Assembly: GCA_015232455.1 (NCBI GenBank)
Contig: JADFZQ010000018.1
Span: forward strand, 318 to 64,317
Reading direction: 5' to 3'
Length of the DNA stretch: 64,000 bases
Source: Desulfamplus sp.
GTDB lineage: Bacteria; Desulfobacterota; Desulfobacteria; Desulfobacterales; Desulfobacteraceae
Shown here: piece by piece, positions 21,353-29,774 of the stretch
Layout: every line of letters begins with the position of its first letter
How positions within the stretch are numbered: the stretch's first letter is position 1
Program-made: the position numbers and the translations under genes
Notes under the pieces: model-generated
Told to the model about the DNA's origin: nothing
The model's input: the letters and a program-made list of their open reading frames with translations, nothing else
Databases searched by the model: none

Positions 21353-21669
21353 TAAATCGCTTTGATGTATACTTAACAAACCTTGATCAAACTGTTGGTG
21401 CTGAAATACAGAAAATAAGACCTTGTTTAATTATCTCGCCAAACGAAATGAACAAACATATCAATACAGTTATTATTGCCCCTATGACCACTGTTGCAAG
21501 AGATTATCCCACACGAATATTGTGCAATTTCCAAAACAAAAATGGGCAAATTGTTTTGGATCAGATTCGTACTATAGATAAAACTCGGTTAATAAAGAAG
21601 ATCGGTACCATTGATTCAGAAACTCAACATAGAGTCATTTCCGTGTTACTTAAGCTATTTGCATTTTAA
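21340..21669 (+). CDS. mazF: PemK/MazF family endoribonuclease toxin
   Basis: DQTVGAEIQKIRPCLIIS, IIAPMTT and LDQIRTIDKTRL. Confidence 0.93.
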   Translation: MGMVVNRFDVYLTNLDQTVGAEIQKIRPCLIISPNEMNKHINTVIIAPMTTVARDYPTRILCNFQNKNGQIVLDQIRTIDKTRLIKKIGTIDSETQHRVISVLLKLFAF

Positions 21670-21689
21670 ATTAACAAAGGCATAACAAA

Positions 21690-22466
21690 ATGGCAGAAAA
21701 AGAAGAAAAGATTGAAAATATTAATCAGGAAAAAATTGAACAAGAGAAGACTGCTCAAGAAAAAATTTTGGTTATTGATGACGAAAAAACTACACTTAAA
21801 ATGTTCAAATTATTTCTTGATCTATATGGTTTTGATATTCATACAGCAGAGTCTGGAGAAGAGGGGCTTAAAGTCTTTGATAGAGAAAAGCCTGAAATTG
21901 TGCTTACAGATATAAAGATGCCGGGCATGGATGGAATTGAAGTTTTAAAAGAGATTAAAAGACGATCTCCAACCACTGAGGTTATTGTCATTACAGGTCA
22001 TGGAGATATGGATTTAGCAATTCAAGCACTTAACCTTGATGCTGCTGATTTTATCAACAAACCAATCCAGCGTCAGAGTTTAGAACATGGATTAACAAGG
22101 GCGCGTGAGCGTCTAAAACTTGTCCGCAGCCGTCAAAATGATGTGAATACCACAATCCAAGACTCTAATTTTATTATTAAAATTCAGGGTAATGTGGGCA
22201 GTCAAAATGAGCAGTATTTAAGAGATGCATATACAAAAGCATTACAGAGCAAATCAAAACGGATAGTGTTGCATTTTGATTTAAACACCTCTGTTAATGG
22301 TGCTGGCATTGCTATTTTAACCCAGATTGTTCTTGATAGTGCAAAAGATGGAATTGAGATAGTTATGGCTGGTCTTTCGGACAATTTTAAGCGGGTATTT
22401 GATATTGTTGGTTTAAGCCGCATGGTAAGGCTTTACGGAACGATTGAAGAGGCTTGTCAAAAATAG
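21690..22466 (+). CDS. Response regulator with REC domain and C-terminal STAS domain
   Basis: LVIDD, the TDIKMPGMDG phosphoacceptor and FINKP, then a STAS-like segment IKIQGNV...RIVLHF...GAGIAIL...AGLSDNFKRVFDIVGL. Confidence 0.88.
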   Translation: MAEKEEKIENINQEKIEQEKTAQEKILVIDDEKTTLKMFKLFLDLYGFDIHTAESGEEGLKVFDREKPEIVLTDIKMPGMDGIEVLKEIKRRSPTTEVIVITGHGDMDLAIQALNLDAADFINKPIQRQSLEHGLTRARERLKLVRSRQNDVNTTIQDSNFIIKIQGNVGSQNEQYLRDAYTKALQSKSKRIVLHFDLNTSVNGAGIAILTQIVLDSAKDGIEIVMAGLSDNFKRVFDIVGLSRMVRLYGTIEEACQK

Positions 22467-22495
22467 TATATATTAAAAATATGGAGGTTAATGTT

Positions 22496-23071
22496 ATGAA
22501 AACATTCAGAGTTAATATTTTGTTTATTATTGTTAATATCTTGTTGGTTGTTACCTCTATTTACCGTGTAAATCTACTTTTTGCAGCACAACCAAAAGCT
22601 GGAGATAAGCTACCAGCTTTGACTCTACCAGCTCCACACTATGAGGCGGGTAAACAGTCTTTGGGCATAGACCAAAATTCTCCCAAGTTTACTATTTCTG
22701 ACTTTAAAAGCGAGCTTATCATTATTGAAGTTATTGGCGTCTATTGTCCGCAATGTTTTAAACAAGCACCATCATTTAACAATCTTTATGGGCGTTTAAA
22801 CAAGGGAAAGATGAAGGGGCGGGTTGTCATGTTTGCAATAGCTGCTGGCGGCACAGAGCCAGAGATTGATCAACTTATAAAAGGCGGTCAATACAACTTT
22901 CCAGTTATAAGCGATATGAAATATGAGGCTCACAAAACTCTTGGTGAACCTAAAACCCCTTTTACAATAATATCCAGACCAAATGGATCAATAGTTTATA
23001 CTCATCTTGGAATTATTGAAGATATTGATAAATTTTACGGAGAGATAAAGAGTCTTCTTTCTAAACCATGA
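22496..23071 (+). CDS. Exported TlpA/peroxiredoxin-like thioredoxin-fold protein
   Basis: Signal peptide, YCPQC (CxxC), FPVISD and TPFTII. ATG 22496 follows GGAGG. Confidence 0.85.
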   Translation: MKTFRVNILFIIVNILLVVTSIYRVNLLFAAQPKAGDKLPALTLPAPHYEAGKQSLGIDQNSPKFTISDFKSELIIIEVIGVYCPQCFKQAPSFNNLYGRLNKGKMKGRVVMFAIAAGGTEPEIDQLIKGGQYNFPVISDMKYEAHKTLGEPKTPFTIISRPNGSIVYTHLGIIEDIDKFYGEIKSLLSKP

Positions 23072-23142
23072 CCATTTCTAAATACACTCCAATTTCAGCC
23101 ACTGACCCATCGTGGTCAGAAGGCGGCTATATTATCTAAACT

Positions 23143-24831
23143 ATGACAACGTCTCAAGATACTCCACTTTTAGAGCAATGTTTATTTTCAGAGCAATTTG
23201 AACGTAAACACTATCAACTCTCAGTAATTAGAGAGAGTGCTGCTGAATTTGGAGGAGTTCGTAATCCAAAGCAGATTTTAGAGGCATTTTTGATGTCAGC
23301 TCAGGGGGGAGTTGGTGCAAAAGGTGGATTTGTTTTTCTCACAGGAGAGGATAATTACCTATTTTGCAGAGGCATTGATAAGATAGAAGATGATTACATA
23401 AAAAGTTTAATTAATAAAGCATCTGACCATATTATTGACAAATCAGAGAGCTTACCCTTCTTTCTTGATTTATCAATAGTTAAAAATACTATTCAACCTT
23501 TTACTATTCAAACTTCAGCCCCTGTTCTTTTATTAGTATCTCCAATAGAAGATGGCAGATTAGTTTTTTTAGGGTTGATTGATTCACTGCATGGAAGAGA
23601 TTACGACTCAGATGACATGCAGCTTCTAATAATTATAGCCTCTATGTTTCAGATAAGCCTTAACTCCGCTATTTTTTCTACAAAGGTAGAGCTTCTTAAT
23701 TCACAACTTCAAAAAAAGAACATTGAACTTGACCGTCAAGTATTTCATCTCAATGCTTTGCGTGAGCTATCTTTAGAGGTAGGAGAGGCTCATAGCGTGG
23801 ATAATATTCTTTCCTCTTTTTTGCCAACTCTGCTTGGCAGGTTTTTAAGGCATCAAGGTGTTGTAGTTATCTACGATAGAGCAGCAGGATCAATAAATGC
23901 AAAGAGCATGGGAATAGAGCAGGGTGGCTCAATAAATGATATTTTAAATGATCCTCTCCAAGTTGATCGACTTCTATTTCTATCCCTTGCAGGAGTGCAA
24001 AATAAACATATACAGCCGTTGCAGGTAGAGCCTATCATTGAGCTTGAATCTCTGTCATCTTTTATTAAAGACTTTGTGCCTGAAACAGGATTTCTATTCT
24101 TGATAAAAGAACAGATGTATGGGGCTTTACTTCTTGGCAGCCCATTAGAAGAGCGTAAATTTTCTGAACAAGAGCGAGAGCTTCTTTTTGCATCTGTATC
24201 TCAATCTGTTCTCCATATAAAAAATGCAGATTCATTTGCCACGATTGTGGCGTTAAATGAGAACCTTGAGCAGCAAAATGAGGAGCTTCGTAAAACTATT
24301 GATGAACTTATTAACGCACAGAATCGTATAAGTGTTCTTGAAACAGCGGCAAGGCGGATTGCAAATATAGTAAATCGCAATGCTGATAAGATAATGAAGG
24401 TTCGCCCACTTGATTTTCTCCTTATTATTGGAATAAGTGTAATACTTGGTCTATTGTTTAACTTTCAAAGTCCGCGTGGTATTCCAATAATGCCAATACC
24501 CAGACCAGCACTTGTTAAGACAATCTCTGTAGATGATGCCAAAATTTTGATTGAAAAGGATAAAGCTCTCCTTATTGATGCAAGACCTCGTGAGTTTTAC
24601 GAGATGCGCCATGCTAAAGGTGCTGTAAATCTCTCGCCATCTCTTTTTGATTCAAGTTATCCCATGAATTTTGAAAATGAAGACCCAGAGCGTCCGATTA
24701 TAATTTATGGCAGAAGTTTTAGTCGCCTTTATGATGAAGATATTGCAAGGAAATTTTTTAATCGGGACCACGAAAAAATATATTTAGTTGATGATATAGT
24801 TGAGAAAATATATCAGCTTGAAGTAAGGTAA
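23143..24831 (+). CDS. GAF-GAF-coiled coil-TM-rhodanese-like fusion protein
   Basis: Two GAF-like blocks (LGLIDSLHGRDYDSDDMQLL and LLLGSPLEERKFSEQERELL), a heptad coil, one TM, then a rhodanese fold (LIDARP...HAKGAVNL...IIIYG). Confidence 0.7.
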   Translation: MTTSQDTPLLEQCLFSEQFERKHYQLSVIRESAAEFGGVRNPKQILEAFLMSAQGGVGAKGGFVFLTGEDNYLFCRGIDKIEDDYIKSLINKASDHIIDKSESLPFFLDLSIVKNTIQPFTIQTSAPVLLLVSPIEDGRLVFLGLIDSLHGRDYDSDDMQLLIIIASMFQISLNSAIFSTKVELLNSQLQKKNIELDRQVFHLNALRELSLEVGEAHSVDNILSSFLPTLLGRFLRHQGVVVIYDRAAGSINAKSMGIEQGGSINDILNDPLQVDRLLFLSLAGVQNKHIQPLQVEPIIELESLSSFIKDFVPETGFLFLIKEQMYGALLLGSPLEERKFSEQERELLFASVSQSVLHIKNADSFATIVALNENLEQQNEELRKTIDELINAQNRISVLETAARRIANIVNRNADKIMKVRPLDFLLIIGISVILGLLFNFQSPRGIPIMPIPRPALVKTISVDDAKILIEKDKALLIDARPREFYEMRHAKGAVNLSPSLFDSSYPMNFENEDPERPIIIYGRSFSRLYDEDIARKFFNRDHEKIYLVDDIVEKIYQLEVR

Positions 24832-24940
24832 AAAGAGTGATTTTGAAACATATAAGTACGTCAATGGAGCTAAACCAGCCATTAGGTGATATAGCGTCTC
24901 TTAAATTATTTGTGGAAATAAAAATAAGCAATATTTACGA

Positions 24941-24968
24941 GTAGAGATGCACGCCTGTGGGTCTCTAC
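24941..24968. repeat. 28-nt GTAG...CTAC REP-like palindrome
   Basis: GTAGAGATGCACGCCTGTGGGTCTCTAC, between convergent genes. Confidence 0.8.
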
Positions 24969-25083
24969 TCTCAATAACGGAGCAAGGATACACTAAAAAG
25001 AAATAAGTACAATTCATAAATTACAGATTGTACCTATTTCAAAAACTCTATATAATCTAAAATATCATCAATATAGATTATAA

Positions 25084-26736
25084 TTATGTTCTCTCTTGCC
25101 ATATTTTGGTGGACATCTCTGTTAGTTTGAATTTCTGAATCTTTCCACTTGCGGTCATTGGATAATTATCCACAAAAGTTATATACTTTGGAATTTTATA
25201 TCTACTTATCTTACCACGACAAAAATCTTTTACATCGCTCTCATCAATTTGAGCATCTTTTTTCAGTATGATGAACGCCCCTACCTCTTCACCATATTTC
25301 TCGCTTGGAACAGCAGCAACCTGAACATCTTGTATCCCATCCATTCTATAAATAAACTCCTCTATCTCCCTTGGATAGATATTTTCTCCTCCTCGAATAA
25401 TCATATCTTTATACCTTCCAGTTATTGATAGATAGCCATTATCATCCATTATGCCAAGATCACCAGAGTGTAGCCAACCATCTGAATCAATAGCCTTTGC
25501 AGTTGCTTCAGGATTTCTATAATACCCTTTCATCACGTTATATCCACGACAACACACTTCTCCTTGAGTATTGGGCGGTAGAGACTCTCCTGTTTCTGGG
25601 TCAACAATTTTAACTTCTATATGGGGAAGAGGCTGCCCCACTGTTTCAACTCTCTTTCTAATATCATCGTCTATTCTTGTGTAGGTAATTACTGGAGATG
25701 CCTCTGTAAGACCATAGCAGATAGTAATTTCAGACATATTCATTCGAGCAATAACTTTTTCCATCACCTGTACTGGACAATTTGAACCAGCCATTATTCC
25801 TGTTCTAAGTGTGGAAAAATCAAATTTGCGAAATAGTTGATGCTCTAAAATTGAAATAAACATAGTTGGCACACCATAAAGGGCTGTGCATTTCTCATTT
25901 TCTACTGATGCCATAACCATCAAAGGTTCAAACCCTTCAAGTATAACCATTGTTGTGCCATGTGTTATTGCAGCAAGCACTCCAAGAACACATCCAAAGC
26001 AATGAAATAAAGGAACTGGAAGACACAATCTATCATTTGGGGTAAATTTTTGATTTTCACCAATCCAGAAGCCGTTGTTTCCAATATTGTAATGGGTAAG
26101 CATAACACCTTTTGGAAAGCCTGTAGTACCAGATGTATATTGCATGTTGACAACATCATGGGGATTTAAAGAGCTTTGACGCTGTTTATAAGCCTCTTGA
26201 GATGTTATTGATTTGAGAGAGCGTATCTCAGGTATAGAATACATACCGCGATGTTTCTCCTGACCAAGAAAAAACACCCTCTTAAGATGTGGAAATGAAG
26301 AGCTTTTGAGGTTGCCTCGTTGTTGAGTTTTAAGCTCAGGGACAAGTTCATAAATGGTGTTGATGTAGTCAGTATCTTGAAATCCATCAATTAGGAAGAG
26401 ATTTTCTGTTTCTGATTGATGTAAAAGATATTCTAATTCTGCCTTTTTATAGTTAGTATTGACTGTAAGAAGAATTGCTCCAATCTTTGCTGTTGCAAAT
26501 TGGAGAGTTACCCAAAATGGAATATTGGTTGCCCAAACAGCAACTTTTTCACCTTTTTCAACTCCAAGTGCCATCAAACCCATTGCTACCTCATCGACAA
26601 GATTGGAAAACTCTCGATAAGTTAAACGGAAATCTCTATCAACATAAACAAGTACTTCATTATCAGGGTATTTTGCAACGGTATCATCAAGAATATTGCC
26701 AAGTGTTATCTCTCGTAGCTCTTTATCATTTTTCAT
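25084..26736 (-). CDS. AMP-binding acyl-CoA synthetase
   Basis: [38 protein letters not shown] and SGKIQK. Confidence 0.95.
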   Translation of the reverse strand: MKNDKELREITLGNILDDTVAKYPDNEVLVYVDRDFRLTYREFSNLVDEVAMGLMALGVEKGEKVAVWATNIPFWVTLQFATAKIGAILLTVNTNYKKAELEYLLHQSETENLFLIDGFQDTDYINTIYELVPELKTQQRGNLKSSSFPHLKRVFFLGQEKHRGMYSIPEIRSLKSITSQEAYKQRQSSLNPHDVVNMQYTSGTTGFPKGVMLTHYNIGNNGFWIGENQKFTPNDRLCLPVPLFHCFGCVLGVLAAITHGTTMVILEGFEPLMVMASVENEKCTALYGVPTMFISILEHQLFRKFDFSTLRTGIMAGSNCPVQVMEKVIARMNMSEITICYGLTEASPVITYTRIDDDIRKRVETVGQPLPHIEVKIVDPETGESLPPNTQGEVCCRGYNVMKGYYRNPEATAKAIDSDGWLHSGDLGIMDDNGYLSITGRYKDMIIRGGENIYPREIEEFIYRMDGIQDVQVAAVPSEKYGEEVGAFIILKKDAQIDESDVKDFCRGKISRYKIPKYITFVDNYPMTASGKIQKFKLTEMSTKIWQERT

Positions 26737-26852
26737 ATATTTGCCTATCTATTTATTGATTTATACAAATTTATTATCTCTTAAATCTTCATAAGTTGAT
26801 TTTGTACTATTTATTTATATCCAGCAAGTTTATAAATTTAGCTACCTAAACT

Positions 26853-26880
26853 GTAGAGACGCACTGTCGAGCATCTCTAC
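26853..26880. repeat. 28-nt GTAG...CTAC REP-like palindrome
   Basis: GTAGAGACGCACTGTCGAGCATCTCTAC. Confidence 0.8.
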
Positions 26881-26936
26881 TTAGGAATAAAAATTTAATA
26901 ATGTCCGAAATTACACTGAGCAAGGATATGTCATAG

Positions 26937-26964
26937 GTAGGGAACAACGATCGTTGTTCCCTAC
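26937..26964. repeat. 28-nt GTAG...CTAC perfect palindrome (subtype GTAGGG)
   Basis: GTAGGGAACAACGATCGTTGTTCCCTAC. Confidence 0.8.
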
Positions 26965-27118
26965 CCAGTTTATTCAATTTCTGGTGTTATTAAATTCCCA
27001 TTCCTTAAATATAAAAGCTCAAATTAATGCCAGCTTAAAGTATATACAAAACTCAACTTATGCCCCCAGTATATATGAATCATATTTATTGCTAAATATT
27101 GATTTAGTAACACTCTAA

Positions 27119-29770
27119 CTACCATCTATGCTGTTTAAGCTCATATTGGTTAGTTGAGTGATTAAACTCCTCTCTAAATACAAAACCTTCACAATCAGCT
27201 TTAAGAACTTGTTTATGATACCTAAACTGAATAACTGTTCCAGCAGGCAACATACTACGCCGTATATCAAGCTCAGGTATCTCTTGTTCTTTTTTGTAAA
27301 TTGCCATTACACTACTATTTAGCTCTTTTTTCTCTTTTTCTAAACTATGTTTCTTATCTTGATATTGCTTAATTTGTTGGGAATTTTGCATAAAGATAGT
27401 GCCATATTTATCAACGCTTGCCTCATACTCTTTCTCTTTCTGCCGTTTTATAACTCGAAGTTCAGCTATCTTATCCACATCACCCTTAGTTTTCTGGTTT
27501 TTAGATAGATTTTTTATCTCTTGATCAATTGCGGCAATATCTTTTTTTTCTATTTTTTCAAAAAGTTCGCGTGATTGTTCCTGAACATCTTTAATTTGAA
27601 TATCAATTAGCTCAATATCGCTGTTTAACTCTTCAATTCTCTTTTTGTAGGTTATTGTCTCTATAGAGTCACCAATAATAAACTTACATTTTTCACCTAC
27701 TGTAACTTTTCTTAGTATAATTTTATTTTTTGCACGAATCACAGAAGCTACTATTTTAGCATCACTTATCCTAAAGATATCATCACTTGTAATTATAGAG
27801 TGGTATATTTTAATGAAAGAGGTATTTGCATCATCGCTGTGTAGTTGAATTGCAATATTCTTTTCGCTGCTAACTACGCTATTTTGAATAGATTTTAGGT
27901 GAATATTGCCTTTAGAGATAATTTCACCGTTTATGGTATCTCCCTGAACAGTAACGTCATCTGTCGCGTTTACCTTGCCTTTAATATTTCCTACTTTTAG
28001 TTGACGACATGAGAAAACAACTCCATCTTCTATCGTTCCCTTAATATGGAAATCACAATCATAACTTAATTGAGTGGTATGCTTAGATGAAATAGATTTT
28101 TGCAAACTCTCCATGGCACTCTGATTAGCAGCTATTATGTTTTCAGGAGTTACATCATAATCAATATAAATCAATGAAGCTAAGGAGATAACTCTGTTTT
28201 CTGAGAAGTTAGGAACTCCATCACATGACGCAACAAAGCTGTTATCATTACGTATAACATTTTCACCTTTAATGATTGTGAGGGGAGTTATCATAGATGG
28301 GGCAATAAAACAGTGATTAACATTGAGACCAGAATTTCCTTTAATTTTTTGAAGAGTAATAAGTTTTGACCCTTTCTTAACAATAGATGAAAGAATCCCT
28401 CTTGAAGTTCTTTTTGAAGAGTCTGTATTAAAGTGAAATTTGTATTTCATCTGAGCAGGAATTGGCTCGTCCCCTTTAGCCAGCAAAATTGATTTTCCTG
28501 GTTTTACTTTATTGGCAATCAAAATATCAATTGCAGAATTGATTCGTCCATATCTTATTTTCTTATGGTATAGCCAGATAATTATATTGTCTTTTGTCAT
28601 ACTCTTAGGAACAGGTTTTATTACTTTGATATAAGCCTCAATGTTGTCTTTTGAATATGACAGCTCAAAATATTGATCCATCTCGTTAAAAAGCTCAATG
28701 TGAGCATCGCTAAGATTCAATCCTAACTTTAGATTGATTCTCTCAATCTTGTATTCCATCTGCTTTTTAACGATTCGTTTTCGATCTCGTTCAGAAAGCC
28801 CAAAATCTTCAACTAAAATATCCCCAATCCACCGAGGTTTTAATTTTTGATTTGAAACCTCGATCATTTTACTTTGACCATTTATTGATTTACGATAATT
28901 TTCAAGTTCTTTTGCTTGAATTTTAAGAGCTTCAACAACCTGTTTTTCGTCAAGAAGACGCTCTTTTAATATCAATGCCCCAAACATTGCATTTTTTTCT
29001 TTCTCTTCTATTGAAGATTGACCAACCTCTTTAAGAGTCTCTTCCCAATCCTCCTCTAAAACTCTATTTTGTATGATTAATATCTCATTTCGTATCTCAG
29101 TAGTTATATGCTGCTGTTCAACAAGAATATCACCGATAATATGGTTTTTATTTGTCTGTTTATATCTTTCTGTCTGCTCATCAAGAGCCTTATTTACGAT
29201 TTCTTGAGTTGTGAATTCATTATTTACTGCTATTTCTCCAAATTTACGATCTTGAACCTTGATCTCTAAATGCTCTGCACTGCTGTGGAGAAATTCTAAC
29301 TGAGACTCTTGTATAAAACCAGACTCCACAAGAATATCATCAATATTTCTCTGACAAGATGCTAAATAGTCATTAGTCAAATCCTTTAATATCTTTGAAA
29401 ACACACCTTGCAGCTTGTCATTTGCCTGTTTTATGGATATAGCATCATGCTTTTGTAATTTTAGCTGCTGAGTAATAGTATTTTTTGCAAACTGCTGGGC
29501 TAATTTTATGATAATTTGATTGTACTTAAAAATCTCTTTGTTGATAATTGGCTCAATATCTTTAAGCGACAAAGATTCAAAATAGCTGCACACCTCTTCA
29601 AATGGTAATTGAGTCCCGTTATTGAGCTGCTCATCAAATATATTTTTTATCTGATTGTATAACTCTTTTGAAAGATGGTTTTTTTCTAAGACGATTTTTA
29701 ATTTACGCCTGTTGTAATTATAAAGTAATAAGGTTGCTCTATCTTTATTTTGTTTAGACTCTGAAACCAT
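27119..29770 (-). CDS. FapA/DUF342 family protein with N-terminal MshEN-like repeats
   Basis: C-terminal half has ILLAKGDEPIPA, FVASCDG and beta-helix-like repeats ending in a coiled coil. N-terminal half has repeated (I/F)GxILVxxxxI...L..Q motifs. Confidence 0.72.
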   Translation of the reverse strand: MVSESKQNKDRATLLLYNYNRRKLKIVLEKNHLSKELYNQIKNIFDEQLNNGTQLPFEEVCSYFESLSLKDIEPIINKEIFKYNQIIIKLAQQFAKNTITQQLKLQKHDAISIKQANDKLQGVFSKILKDLTNDYLASCQRNIDDILVESGFIQESQLEFLHSSAEHLEIKVQDRKFGEIAVNNEFTTQEIVNKALDEQTERYKQTNKNHIIGDILVEQQHITTEIRNEILIIQNRVLEEDWEETLKEVGQSSIEEKEKNAMFGALILKERLLDEKQVVEALKIQAKELENYRKSINGQSKMIEVSNQKLKPRWIGDILVEDFGLSERDRKRIVKKQMEYKIERINLKLGLNLSDAHIELFNEMDQYFELSYSKDNIEAYIKVIKPVPKSMTKDNIIIWLYHKKIRYGRINSAIDILIANKVKPGKSILLAKGDEPIPAQMKYKFHFNTDSSKRTSRGILSSIVKKGSKLITLQKIKGNSGLNVNHCFIAPSMITPLTIIKGENVIRNDNSFVASCDGVPNFSENRVISLASLIYIDYDVTPENIIAANQSAMESLQKSISSKHTTQLSYDCDFHIKGTIEDGVVFSCRQLKVGNIKGKVNATDDVTVQGDTINGEIISKGNIHLKSIQNSVVSSEKNIAIQLHSDDANTSFIKIYHSIITSDDIFRISDAKIVASVIRAKNKIILRKVTVGEKCKFIIGDSIETITYKKRIEELNSDIELIDIQIKDVQEQSRELFEKIEKKDIAAIDQEIKNLSKNQKTKGDVDKIAELRVIKRQKEKEYEASVDKYGTIFMQNSQQIKQYQDKKHSLEKEKKELNSSVMAIYKKEQEIPELDIRRSMLPAGTVIQFRYHKQVLKADCEGFVFREEFNHSTNQYELKQHRW

Positions 29771-29774
29771 CTTA

